Virus record (IMG/VR): IMGVR_UViG_3300014204_000153 | Location: 1 to 64,000 of that record | Origin: a virus | Lineage: Duplodnaviria; Caudoviricetes | Length of the DNA stretch: 64,000 bases | Strand: one strand, 5' to 3' | In this document: in pieces, positions 55,003 through 63,749 of the stretch | How positions within the stretch are numbered: the stretch's first letter is position 1 | Layout: each line of letters opens with the position of its first letter | The notes under the pieces: generated by a model | Seen by the model: only the letters and a program-made list of their open reading frames with translations | Database searches by the model: none | Told to the model about the DNA's origin: nothing | Position numbers and translations under genes: made by a program

Positions 55003-56195
55003 TATTATCACAAAAACCAGAGAATCCATTTCAGATATCTAAAATTGAAGTAGATGGTTTAGATTTATCTAAACATTTCGCTTCTTTAGTTATAGAAGAG
55101 TCTATTTTAAGATCTTTTCCTTATGGAACTCTTACTTTATCTAGAGAATTCTTAGATTATATGTCAGACTGGGATGAAGTAGAAATTGGATTCGTTGGTA
55201 AAATTGTAAGTATTTCTTGGACTACAGATCTTGATAATGGTAAAAATAAAAGGAATGCTGACTTTTTAGTTTATGGATGTAATAAAGATACTAAAGATAC
55301 CATATCTCTTCTTTTATGTTCTAAAGAAGCTCCAGAATTTTATACCAAACAGTTTTGTGATTACTGGGAAGATACAGAAACCAGCAACATTATTTCAGAT
55401 ATTCTTAAGAAACATTCAGGAATAAAGAAATCAAATGTAACTCCAGCTACATCAAAGGTTACATATTCAAATCCACTCCAGTGGACTCCAGCAGCTGCAT
55501 GTAAATATATCGTTCCAATGATGGATGGAAGTGATGGTTGTGCATATTTCTTATTTTCTTCTATTGGTGAATCTGGAATAGAAACAAAATGTATGCCATT
55601 CAATAAAATGACTAAGGATGATTCTGATGAAAAAATAACTTTACTTTCTAAAATACCAGATGATAAAAGAGAAGTTAAAACTAATCTAAGTACTGCATTA
55701 TATTTTGACTTTAATCCAGCATCTAATAATATACTTCAGCAACTATCTGATAATGAATTTGGATTATCTGTAATAGAATATGATGTAAAGACAGCTACAC
55801 AAAAGAATTCTAATATAAATATGTTAGAGAAGAATGTATCAAAGATTGGTTCTAAAAGTGGATTAACTGAATTATATGATTCCTCTTTTAGAAGTTCTTT
55901 TAGGTTTTCTGGATTAAATGCTCAAACTTCAGAGAAGAGTAAATCAGTTCATTATTTTGTTTCAAATAGTAATATTAGACTTACTCTTCCTGGTGTTAGT
56001 TCTAGAAAAATTGGAGTTACTATAGATGTAGATCTTTACTCTGAAAAGAATCTTATAACGGATCCAAGAAGTGAGAGATCTGGAAAGTCGGTTGTAACTA
56101 TTATTAAACATCATTTTACACCATTATCATATTTTCAAATTGTATCTTGCGTGAAAACTGGATTAAACAAATGGAGAAAGAGAGAATCAATATGA
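54999..56195 (+). CDS. baseplate hub protein, gp27-like
   Basis: I.ESI...PYG.L.L, ISDIL, Y.....YFLF, LPG......G..I......SG...V..IKH.F. Confidence 0.6.
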   Translation: MILSQKPENPFQISKIEVDGLDLSKHFASLVIEESILRSFPYGTLTLSREFLDYMSDWDEVEIGFVGKIVSISWTTDLDNGKNKRNADFLVYGCNKDTKDTISLLLCSKEAPEFYTKQFCDYWEDTETSNIISDILKKHSGIKKSNVTPATSKVTYSNPLQWTPAAACKYIVPMMDGSDGCAYFLFSSIGESGIETKCMPFNKMTKDDSDEKITLLSKIPDDKREVKTNLSTALYFDFNPASNNILQQLSDNEFGLSVIEYDVKTATQKNSNINMLEKNVSKIGSKSGLTELYDSSFRSSFRFSGLNAQTSEKSKSVHYFVSNSNIRLTLPGVSSRKIGVTIDVDLYSEKNLITDPRSERSGKSVVTIIKHHFTPLSYFQIVSCVKTGLNKWRKRESI

Positions 56196-56359
56196 GCAAT
56201 AAAGAAGACGGAAAAGAACTTCACAGAGCGGCTCTTAATTGCGCAGCTAAAAGAGATTATGCTGGTTTCAAGAAGAATATCAATGACATAATGGAGAATA
56301 AGTTTGACGCTAAAACTACATCAATTGCGCCGACTTTTTTCACTAAAATCGAGGAATAA
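56192..56359 (+). CDS. small prohead core protein (gp67/68-like, positional)
   Basis: Immediately before protease; DY..FK..I..IM..K. Confidence 0.5.
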   Translation: MSNKEDGKELHRAALNCAAKRDYAGFKKNINDIMENKFDAKTTSIAPTFFTKIEE

Positions 56360-57027
56360 TGACTGAAAGAGACACTGCTCTATTCGAGTCATTCGGTGAA
56401 ACGGTTGTAGAAGAAGTATGTAATGAAGGTGAAGAAAAGAATTATTATCTTTCTGGATTGTACACCGAATGCGACGTAAAAAATGGTAACGGAAGAACTT
56501 ATCCTACCTCTATTGTTGAGAGGGAAATAAATGGAAAGATACTTCCAAAGGTTAAAGCTGGTACAGCTTTTGGTGAATTCGGCCATCCTAAGACTTTAGC
56601 TGAAATGCCAAGCATAGATCCATCAAGAATTGCTCACCGTATAGTAGAAATACAGAAAGAAGGGAATAATATTTTCAGAGGTAAATCTGTACTTGTTCCT
56701 GAAGGTCTTGGTAAAGTAGCTATTGCAATGGTTAAAACTGGCGGTGTTTTATCTGTTTCATCTAGAGGTGTTGGTAGAGTTAATAAGCAGACTGGAGTTG
56801 TAGAGAGCAGCTACAATATGTTTACGTATGATGTAGTGCTAAATCCAGGAATGAAGAAAGCAAACCAAACAGCTGTCATGGAGAATCAAGAATTCTTCGT
56901 AAATCAGATTGGAGTGTTTACTGAGGAGGAGTGGTACAAAATTGAAAAAGATAGATCAAAAATGTTAGATGCTACATTCTTTAGAGCTGACCTTCTTAGT
57001 GGGTTAGCTGAAATAGCAAGGAGTTAG
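56359..57027 (+). CDS. gp21: prohead core protease
   Basis: KNGNGRTYP, AFGEFGHP, IAHRI, G.LSVSSRGVG, YDVVLNP. Confidence 0.92.
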   Translation: MTERDTALFESFGETVVEEVCNEGEEKNYYLSGLYTECDVKNGNGRTYPTSIVEREINGKILPKVKAGTAFGEFGHPKTLAEMPSIDPSRIAHRIVEIQKEGNNIFRGKSVLVPEGLGKVAIAMVKTGGVLSVSSRGVGRVNKQTGVVESSYNMFTYDVVLNPGMKKANQTAVMENQEFFVNQIGVFTEEEWYKIEKDRSKMLDATFFRADLLSGLAEIARS

Positions 57028-57042
57028 AGAAAAAAATTAAAT

Positions 57043-57050
57043 TATAAATA
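57043..57050 (+). promoter_or_regulatory. late promoter TATAAATA
   Basis: Exact consensus upstream of scaffold/capsid genes. Confidence 0.8.
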
Positions 57051-57105
57051 GAATTGAATAATAGAAGTAAGATAACAAAAAGAACCAGAAAGGAAGGTTT
57101 AACAG

Positions 57106-57915
57106 ATGTCTAATAAAATAAAGACACTGTTCGATGAACTCAGAAGTAAGTACCCTGAAGTTATCTCAGAAGAGTTCGCATCGAAAGTTGTCGCAGTTGT
57201 AGAAGAAATCGTAGAATCAGAGAAGCAGAAAGCTATTGATGAGATTAGAGAAACTGAATCTGAAAAGATTCGTGAAGAAATCTCAGAGGAAGTAAAGGAT
57301 CAGTCTGAAAGTGAGATCGAGAAATTAGTTAATACTCTTGATGTATTCTGTGAAAATGCTGTCAATGAATTTTGTGATAGCAAAGCAGAACTTCTAGAGG
57401 AAGCTACTAAATCTACGATTAGCTCAGTTCTTGCTGAGAAGATGAAAGAAGTCTTTGAGACTTATGGTATTGTTACCGAGGAATCAGCTGAAGTTAAAGC
57501 TGATCTTGAAAAGCAAGTTGAAGAACTCAACGAAACTATCGGTAACATGGCTGATACTATTTCTGAACTCAGCGAAGAAAAGAAAAAGTCAGATGCTATC
57601 TCAGTCGTCGATGAATTCTGCAGTGAAATGAATATGACTGACACTGTCAAGTTCTATAAGCTGATTGAAGATTATGATATCGATGATGTTGATAGTTTCA
57701 GGGAAAAAGTTGAGTCTCTCGCTTCTGTCTTTGAACAAGGTAAAGAATCTGATGAAGACGAAGACGAGGATGAGGACGAAGATCCTGAAGATGGTGGTGG
57801 TAGGAAAGTTGAAAAGAAAAATATTAAAGATTCAGATGAAAAAGAAGATAAGTGCGAGTCTGATGACGAAGACGCTTCCTTCATCTCGAGAGTTAGAAAG
57901 AATCTTAAAAAATAA
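57106..57915 (+). CDS. gp22: prohead core scaffold protein
   Basis: Acidic helical; between protease and capsid; L..YL/FC.....EF...E..I. Confidence 0.8.
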   Translation: MSNKIKTLFDELRSKYPEVISEEFASKVVAVVEEIVESEKQKAIDEIRETESEKIREEISEEVKDQSESEIEKLVNTLDVFCENAVNEFCDSKAELLEEATKSTISSVLAEKMKEVFETYGIVTEESAEVKADLEKQVEELNETIGNMADTISELSEEKKKSDAISVVDEFCSEMNMTDTVKFYKLIEDYDIDDVDSFREKVESLASVFEQGKESDEDEDEDEDEDPEDGGGRKVEKKNIKDSDEKEDKCESDDEDASFISRVRKNLKK

Positions 57916-57976
57916 AATAATGTAAGTTGAAGTTAAAATAGTTATTAACACATAAACAAAGAGGGAAGCCAGAGAA

Positions 57977-59494
57977 ATGGCAGATAAAAGGAAAGACATC
58001 GTTAAGGCTTATATCAAAGCGGTAGAAGCCGAAGACAACACCGCTTTTGCTAATTCAAGAGTTAAGCATATAACTGAAGTTGTTCTTGAAAACCAGATAG
58101 ATCATTACATCGAGACTTCTGGTAAGACTTTTGATTATATCGCTAATCAGATCCTTGGTGAAGACGGCACCCTGAATGAGACCGCGGCTGGTTCCTCATT
58201 CGCGGATGCTGACGTTGCTAAGTTCGCCGAGATCTATCTTCCGATCGCAGCTAAGGTTATTCCTTCACTAGTTATTAACAACATGGTTGGTGTTCAGCCT
58301 ATGACGCAGCCCAACGGGTTCGTGTATGCTATGCGCGCGTTCCATGCTAAATCTCCGTATGCTGAATCAACTGATATGCGTGGCATGCGGTACACCAATA
58401 CACAGATTCTAAACTTTGCGACGGCAACCTCCCTCGCGGTTGGATCTGGTAATTGTTGGTTCATCGCTTCAAGCGGTGCTAAAGGTTACTGCGTTCACAA
58501 AGAAGGTACCCTCGCTCTAGTTAAGATCTCAGATGAAGATACTCCGTTCGCTGCTGGTGACACTGCTACTATTGGCAGTTCATCTTCGGTTACTTATTCT
58601 ACTGCTGATCTTACTGTGCTTTCAATCTATAATAACGAAATTGCTCAGGCTGCCGGTCTGTTCAAGTACTTCTCAGGTTATACCAACAGTGGTTCAGCTG
58701 AAGGTTCCGCCGCGTTTAGTACTGATCAGGGTCAGTATCCTCAGAATGTTAGTGAAGTGCAGATCAGAGTTGAGAGAGAAGCTGTTGAAGCTAAGACCCG
58801 CCAGCTGTATGCTGAGTATCCGATCGAAGCCGAACAGGATCTTCGCGCGATTCACAAACGTGACCTAAGAGCTGAACTCTCTGAGATCACTGCTGGCGAA
58901 ATCGTTAATGAAATCAACTCCGAGTTCATCGCCAATATCAAGACTGCTGCTCAGATCGGTGGGTCAACGACCTTCGATATGGAATCAGCTGACGGACGTT
59001 GGGAAATTGAAAAATTCCGTTCACTGTGGGTCAGAGTTACACGTGGAGCTAATCAAATCGCTCAGGCAACTCGCTTAGGACCTGGTAACTTCATCGTTGC
59101 TAGCCCTGATGTTTGCACTGCTCTTAGTCAGCTCGACGGCTTTGCTGCTGCTCCTCCTAAGGGTGCTTTCGGTGGCATGAGTCCTATCGGTGGTGACTGG
59201 TATGTTGGTAAGATCGGTGGAACGATGGATGTTTACCGTGATATGTTCGCTACTACGGATTATATCTCTGTCGGTCGTAAGGGTTCCAATGAGTGGGATG
59301 CGGGCTTATTCTTCCTTCCGTACATTCCGCTACAGTTCATCGCAGGACAAACACCAGATAATTTACAGCCAAAACTCAAGTTCCTAACCAGGTATGGCAA
59401 GGTTGCTAACGTCTTGCGCGCCTCTTCCAGCCAGGTTGCGGATAGCCGCTATTACCGGTATATTGCAGTTCAGAATCTGTTCGCGAGTTACTGA
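57977..59494 (+). CDS. gp23: major capsid protein
   Basis: VGVQPMTQP.G.VYAMR, VEAKTRQL.AEY.IE.EQDLRAIH, EI..EIN.E, GLFF.PYIPL, TRYG. Confidence 0.95.
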   Translation: MADKRKDIVKAYIKAVEAEDNTAFANSRVKHITEVVLENQIDHYIETSGKTFDYIANQILGEDGTLNETAAGSSFADADVAKFAEIYLPIAAKVIPSLVINNMVGVQPMTQPNGFVYAMRAFHAKSPYAESTDMRGMRYTNTQILNFATATSLAVGSGNCWFIASSGAKGYCVHKEGTLALVKISDEDTPFAAGDTATIGSSSSVTYSTADLTVLSIYNNEIAQAAGLFKYFSGYTNSGSAEGSAAFSTDQGQYPQNVSEVQIRVEREAVEAKTRQLYAEYPIEAEQDLRAIHKRDLRAELSEITAGEIVNEINSEFIANIKTAAQIGGSTTFDMESADGRWEIEKFRSLWVRVTRGANQIAQATRLGPGNFIVASPDVCTALSQLDGFAAAPPKGAFGGMSPIGGDWYVGKIGGTMDVYRDMFATTDYISVGRKGSNEWDAGLFFLPYIPLQFIAGQTPDNLQPKLKFLTRYGKVANVLRASSSQVADSRYYRYIAVQNLFASY

Positions 59495-59522
59495 GCGTAG
59501 TAATTCATCTCAGATATCAACA

Positions 59523-59554
59523 AGAAATGGAACCTTTTAAAAGGTTCCATTTCT
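59523..59554. terminator. bidirectional terminator; perfect 32-bp palindrome
   Basis: AGAAATGGAACCTTTT|AAAAGGTTCCATTTCT between convergent genes. Confidence 0.75.
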
Positions 59555-60089
59555 AGTTTAGCAGATATCTTATACTGGGAGGAATAACAAGATCAATATC
59601 TTTAAGTTCTAGAACCTTGTTCTTCAAAGAATTTATAATCAATTCTTTACAATATTGGAATGTAGAAAGATCTTCTAAAAACCTTTCTACGCCAAGTTCA
59701 CAGAAGTCAGCTGGAAGCATAGCTTTTTTATCTATAAATCCATCATCATAAACTCTTTCTACATGTATTTTCTTTCTTCCTACTCTATTGTCGAACACAT
59801 AATTCCATAGATTGTCTGATGATTGAACAAAGTAAGGAATATGAACTGTTCTGTATCCAAGATCTTCAAGTATCTTATCTTTCTTTTTGTCTCTTTTTAT
59901 CTGAGATGATACAGAATAGTGCCTAAATCCGTCGAACTCTATAGCTAATCCAAGATATTCGGATAAAAGATCTGGTTTAAACAAACAATTCGATACTCCA
60001 GGAATTCTTCTGTTAACTGAAAATTGATTAGGAAACCATTCAGTAACAAGTTCAATTACTCTTTTTTCTGTAAGATACATACATAACAT
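59553..60089 (-). CDS. free-standing endonuclease, DUF559/Vsr-like PD-(D/E)xK type
   Basis: KPDL....GLAIEFDGFRHY.....RDKKKD..L..LGY..VHIPY. Confidence 0.75.
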   Translation of the reverse strand: MLCMYLTEKRVIELVTEWFPNQFSVNRRIPGVSNCLFKPDLLSEYLGLAIEFDGFRHYSVSSQIKRDKKKDKILEDLGYRTVHIPYFVQSSDNLWNYVFDNRVGRKKIHVERVYDDGFIDKKAMLPADFCELGVERFLEDLSTFQYCKELIINSLKNKVLELKDIDLVIPPSIRYLLN

Positions 60090-60100
60090 CCTTTCATTGT

Positions 60101-60700
60101 TTACCTCTTTGCTCTAGCTATTATCCATTTCTCAGCAGCTGCGATGATTTTAGGATGTGCGTAAGTCAATACATCTTTCCATGTTTGAGTTATAATCGGA
60201 GTAAGTCCAATATCTTCTGTCAAAAACTTATATCTGCATGGTCTTCCCGTTTTTAATAGATCTGGATTTGTAATGAATAATTTAACTGCTTCAGCAAGCA
60301 TCTCAGATGCAGTAGGTTCATATGAAGATAAACATGATTCAAATTGAGTAGAATATACTAAAGATCTCATATCAGGTCTGAAACAATGTTGCACATGGTG
60401 ACCACATTCATGAGCTGCAACACCAACTGGAGTCATATCAGCTTTATAACCAGGAAATGACCAACTAAAACCAGGATTCTTCACTGCTGGTACGCAGCTT
60501 TTAGAGATAACGATAGTCGCTGGCTTTTCTTTCTTTGGAGGAAAGTATTCTCCTTTATATCCTCCACAGTTTACTCCAGTTTTGATAATTGGAATAGAAA
60601 GTTTTGGATTATCCTCAATGAACTCCATCACAAGATCGACCCCGATTGTAACTAAGTCGCTTTTCTTGTGGACTTCTGGGTTTACTCTCAATATTGTCAT
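60101..60700 (-). CDS. zincin-like metallopeptidase
   Basis: AAHECGHHVQ (HExxH) plus EMLAEA third-ligand helix; GAGGAG RBS. Confidence 0.65.
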   Translation of the reverse strand: MTILRVNPEVHKKSDLVTIGVDLVMEFIEDNPKLSIPIIKTGVNCGGYKGEYFPPKKEKPATIVISKSCVPAVKNPGFSWSFPGYKADMTPVGVAAHECGHHVQHCFRPDMRSLVYSTQFESCLSSYEPTASEMLAEAVKLFITNPDLLKTGRPCRYKFLTEDIGLTPIITQTWKDVLTYAHPKIIAAAEKWIIARAKR

Positions 60701-60734
60701 TCATTCTCCTCTGTTTGAATTTTTAATATTTAAA

Positions 60735-60763
60735 AATATAACAACTGGAGAGCAAAATGTCAA
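60735..60763 (-). promoter_or_regulatory. early promoter cassette copy 11
   Basis: Reverse strand AAAAGTAG-TTGACA-17-TATATT ... AAATTCAAACAGAGGAG. Confidence 0.85.
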
Positions 60764-60775
60764 CTACTTTTTTCA

Positions 60776-60912
60776 TAATCTACAATTCAGTCTAGATACC
60801 ATCCAGTCAACTTATCTGACTTTAATATAGGATATTGTATTTTAAACAATAAAGTGCCTCTAAAGTCATTCTATGAACCCTAGAGGCAATTCTGGTTGAA
60901 TGTTGAAAGTAT
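60776..60912 (-). repeat. 137-bp non-coding element, copy B
   Basis: See copy A at 26520-26656. Confidence 0.9.
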
Positions 60913-61314
60913 TTAGTTTTTTCTAAAATGTTCGATAGCAGAAAGAGATTTCTTCATCTGATTTTCATGGCCTTCAACTGGTTTTCTTCCAGCCGTTGTT
61001 CTAAAACCCCAACTATCTTTCTTTGATATAGTTGGATTTAACTGATATCTTGCGGTGCCTCCTGGTCTGTTTTTTGAAGGCTGATGCGAATTAAAACCGC
61101 CAGGTCGTTCTTTTTTATACCTAATTTCTCTACGATATGTTCCATCTGAATGATACAAATAAACTACATCACGATCATCATTGCTAGCTTTTGTATCAAG
61201 ATATGCTTTAATACCTTTGCTCTTTTGTTTATCTGTAGTAATTTCTTTCAGACCAATAGTCGAAAAATGGCCGTGTATATCTTTAGCCTCTTCTAATACA
61301 GTTTTAAATTTCAA
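60913..61314 (-). CDS. putative internal head protein (basic)
   Basis: AAGGAG RBS; MKFKTVLEEA start. Confidence 0.65.
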   Translation of the reverse strand: MKFKTVLEEAKDIHGHFSTIGLKEITTDKQKSKGIKAYLDTKASNDDRDVVYLYHSDGTYRREIRYKKERPGGFNSHQPSKNRPGGTARYQLNPTISKKDSWGFRTTAGRKPVEGHENQMKKSLSAIEHFRKN

Positions 61315-61621
61315 AACTCTTTCTCCTTAGAATTGAAGGATCTTTTTCTGGGTTTCTTATTTCTTCTTCTAATGATTTAATTGCTGCTCCAATTGATGAT
61401 TTAAACCATCCAGAAATCTTTTCTTTTCCAGATTTATTTTCACTGTTTGGAACCATAACATATGCTCTTATATCTCCATATCTTCTTTCATCAAATTTTA
61501 CTTTGTAATCTATTCCTTTATAATTTACTTTATGATTTGGAAGAACATCTCTAAGGCCACCCGGTCTCATTGTTTCATATTGAGAAAAATCACGTTCTTC
61601 TAACATATCTCCAAATTTCAT
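61304..61621 (-). CDS. putative internal head protein
   Basis: AGGGG RBS; MKFGDMLEE start; AATAAATA upstream on minus strand at about 61662-61673. Confidence 0.65.
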   Translation of the reverse strand: MKFGDMLEERDFSQYETMRPGGLRDVLPNHKVNYKGIDYKVKFDERRYGDIRAYVMVPNSENKSGKEKISGWFKSSIGAAIKSLEEEIRNPEKDPSILRRKSFEI

Positions 61622-61668
61622 TTAAATATCCCCTTTTGTTTAAGATGTAAATTATTTTTATTATTTAT

Positions 61669-62229
61669 TTATTCTTCTTTGACTCTGTTTTTGCAGAGCA
61701 CTGCCATCTTTTTATGATATAGTATTTTGTCTCTAAGTTTTTTAGCTTCACGAAGATGATAACCTGCATTCCATGAAAATGATTTTTTCTTGTCTTCCTT
61801 AATATAATCAGCTCTTGATTCTATTTCTTTCTGTCTCTGAATAGCCAACTCCTCACATCTTACAGCTGTTTCTTCACGAGTATCAAATAACATATTTTCA
61901 TTATGATTTACTGTATATCCACCAGCATAATGATATTCAATCTCAGAATCAGTTTCAGAGTTTGGTCCAGTTGTGGATATAGTTACACCAGTTATTATAA
62001 CTGATTTCGGTTTAGAAACAAACTTATAATCTTTTATATATCCAGTTGGTGGTTCATAACTATGTGCACAATAATTACATGGAACTATGACTATATCTCC
62101 ATTTCCAAGTTCAAGTTTTACTTCTTTATTTCTAAAACATATTGGACAAATTTCCTGTACTTCTTGCATACCTATTTCAGCATACCAAACAACATCACCA
62201 ACTTTGTAAATTTTCATTTTTATCTCCAA
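61669..62229 (-). CDS. hypothetical protein with CxxC...CxxC zinc finger
   Basis: CPICF ... CNYC; Y.VGD.VW start. Confidence 0.65.
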   Translation of the reverse strand: MEIKMKIYKVGDVVWYAEIGMQEVQEICPICFRNKEVKLELGNGDIVIVPCNYCAHSYEPPTGYIKDYKFVSKPKSVIITGVTISTTGPNSETDSEIEYHYAGGYTVNHNENMLFDTREETAVRCEELAIQRQKEIESRADYIKEDKKKSFSWNAGYHLREAKKLRDKILYHKKMAVLCKNRVKEE

Positions 62230-62316
62230 TTATTTTGTCATTCGATAAATCATAAATCCTAATAATAAAAACATACCTAATAATACAATAACATCAGGGT
62301 AAGATGTAGTTTCCAT
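62230..62316 (-). CDS. 28-aa membrane peptide
   Basis: METTSYPDVIVLLGMFLLLGFMIYRMTK; coupled to neighbours. Confidence 0.4.
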   Translation of the reverse strand: METTSYPDVIVLLGMFLLLGFMIYRMTK

Positions 62317-62478
62317 TTATTTTTCATCCTTGTGAAATTCTTTGATGTGTTGGTTTCTTACAATTAATACAATTTGAGTTACCAATAAAAATATTGCCCA
62401 TGAATTATTTGGATAATGAAATAATCCAAAAAGAACAAAGCCCAATAGAACAAAATCAAGCCATATTATTCCAAACAT
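62317..62478 (-). CDS. 53-aa two-helix membrane peptide
   Basis: AGGAG RBS; MFGIIWLDFVLLGFVLFGLF. Confidence 0.5.
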   Translation of the reverse strand: MFGIIWLDFVLLGFVLFGLFHYPNNSWAIFLLVTQIVLIVRNQHIKEFHKDEK

Positions 62479-62479
62479 T

Positions 62480-62644
62480 TCATTCTCCTTTATCTTTTAC
62501 AGGGAATACAATTGAAAAAGAACCAACATCGATAATTCTCGATCTTTCATTATTTCCATATTCTTGGATTGTTCTATAACGAACTAATCCATACCAATCT
62601 TTTCGAAATATCCACTTAAATCCGCGAAATACGAAATACATTTC
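62480..62644 (-). CDS. small early protein
   Basis: GAGGAG RBS after cassette; MYFVFRGFKWIFRKDW. Confidence 0.5.
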   Translation of the reverse strand, partial: EMYFVFRGFKWIFRKDWYGLVRYRTIQEYGNNERSRIIDVGSFSIVFPVKDKGE

Positions 62645-62674
62645 ATTCTCCTCTGTTTGAATTTCAATAGTAAT

Positions 62675-62703
62675 AATATAAATCATTGGTAGTTAAATGT
62701 CAA
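62675..62703 (-). promoter_or_regulatory. early promoter cassette copy 12
   Basis: Reverse strand TTGACATTTAACTACCAATGATTTATATTATTACTATTGAAATTCAAACAGAGGAG. Confidence 0.9.
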
Positions 62704-63011
62704 CTAGTTTTTTCAGCAACTTTTATTTTTCTATGAAAAACAGATCTGCATATCGCACATTCTTGAGTAATGACTATATAATTATCGACTCTATCTCTGC
62801 CTTCAATACTAAAAGTACCGCAACCACAATTTGGACAATCTTCAAATTCACTATACAAATCCATTGTTGAAATTTCATTTCTGAAAGCTTCAATTTTTCT
62901 TTTATAGTTCTTGTTTGATACATAATTACATAAAACTACAATCAAAAATAACATCATAAAGAAACCAATTATACATCCAAATGTTACCAATTGACTCTGT
63001 AGTACTGTCAT
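62700..63011 (-). CDS. membrane-anchored zinc-ribbon protein
   Basis: N-terminal TM; CPNC ... CAIC; stop inside TTGACA. Confidence 0.6.
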   Translation of the reverse strand: MTVLQSQLVTFGCIIGFFMMLFLIVVLCNYVSNKNYKRKIEAFRNEISTMDLYSEFEDCPNCGCGTFSIEGRDRVDNYIVITQECAICRSVFHRKIKVAEKTS

Positions 63012-63013
63012 TT

Positions 63014-63337
63014 TTATTTCTTCCTTCCTATATTTGCAATATTACTAAATTTTACTCTGAAATTCCAGAATGTATCTTCTGTGTTGGTGTCTTTATATTT
63101 CACTCTCCATTCTGTTTCAAATTCATTCCAAGTCAAAAGAGCAAACTTAATATTACCATTTTTATCAGTAAATACTAAAGTGTCTTTATCATAAAACATA
63201 TTGCCTTTGATATTCAGACCAATTTCTATTGTATCAAAATCTACACAATCATCATCTTCTAAATAATCCCAGAAGTTTTCAGCTTTGTTCACAAGTTTCT
63301 GAATAGCTATTTTATTTCCATAAACAGTACTCACCAA
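63014..63337 (-). CDS. hypothetical protein
   Basis: In-operon ORF, acidic/aromatic. Confidence 0.5.
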   Translation of the reverse strand: MVSTVYGNKIAIQKLVNKAENFWDYLEDDDCVDFDTIEIGLNIKGNMFYDKDTLVFTDKNGNIKFALLTWNEFETEWRVKYKDTNTEDTFWNFRVKFSNIANIGRKK

Positions 63338-63384
63338 ACTTACTAACCTTATTTCTCTGACAACTTCTTCATTTTTAACTAATC

Positions 63385-63651
63385 TTATAAAGTAAAATTA
63401 CTCATTTTATTCCTCTCTTTCCAATCACAGTACATTGCTTCAGTAAGAGTTACAGACAAACCAAGCAATCCACAGATCTTTTTCAAAGCAGATTTTTCTG
63501 GAAAAGTTTCTCCATTAAAGAACTTTTCCACCTCTGAATAATCTACTCCAGTTTTCTTTGATACATCATCAACTGACATTCCAATTTTTTCTGATGCTTC
63601 TTCAACAAGAACACCTGGATGAATTGAGTAATCCAAAATTTTCTTATTCAT
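63385..63651 (-). CDS. XRE-family helix-turn-helix regulator (HigA-like)
   Basis: IHPG.LV.E.....GMS..DV...TGV..SEV..F.NG.T......L.KI...LG; GAGGA RBS. Confidence 0.75.
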   Translation of the reverse strand: MNKKILDYSIHPGVLVEEASEKIGMSVDDVSKKTGVDYSEVEKFFNGETFPEKSALKKICGLLGLSVTLTEAMYCDWKERNKMSNFTL

Positions 63652-63683
63652 AGAACTTTCCTCATTTATAAATAATGTTTGAA

Positions 63684-63746
63684 CGAGTGGTCCTCCATCC
63701 TCCTCCCACTCGTACACAGACGGAGCCGCCCCAACTCGGCTCCGTC
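63684..63746. other. pair of GC-rich intergenic hairpins
   Basis: CGAGTGG/CCACTCG and GACGGAGCC/GGCTCCGTC stems. Confidence 0.7.
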
Positions 63747-63749
63747 GCT

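Noticed and set aside
57745-57875. Acidic low-complexity repeats in gp22 and portal C-terminus
   Set aside because: Ordinary for T4-like scaffold and portal tails
63667-63674. TATAAATA late promoter
   Set aside because: On the + strand, while all local genes are on the - strand
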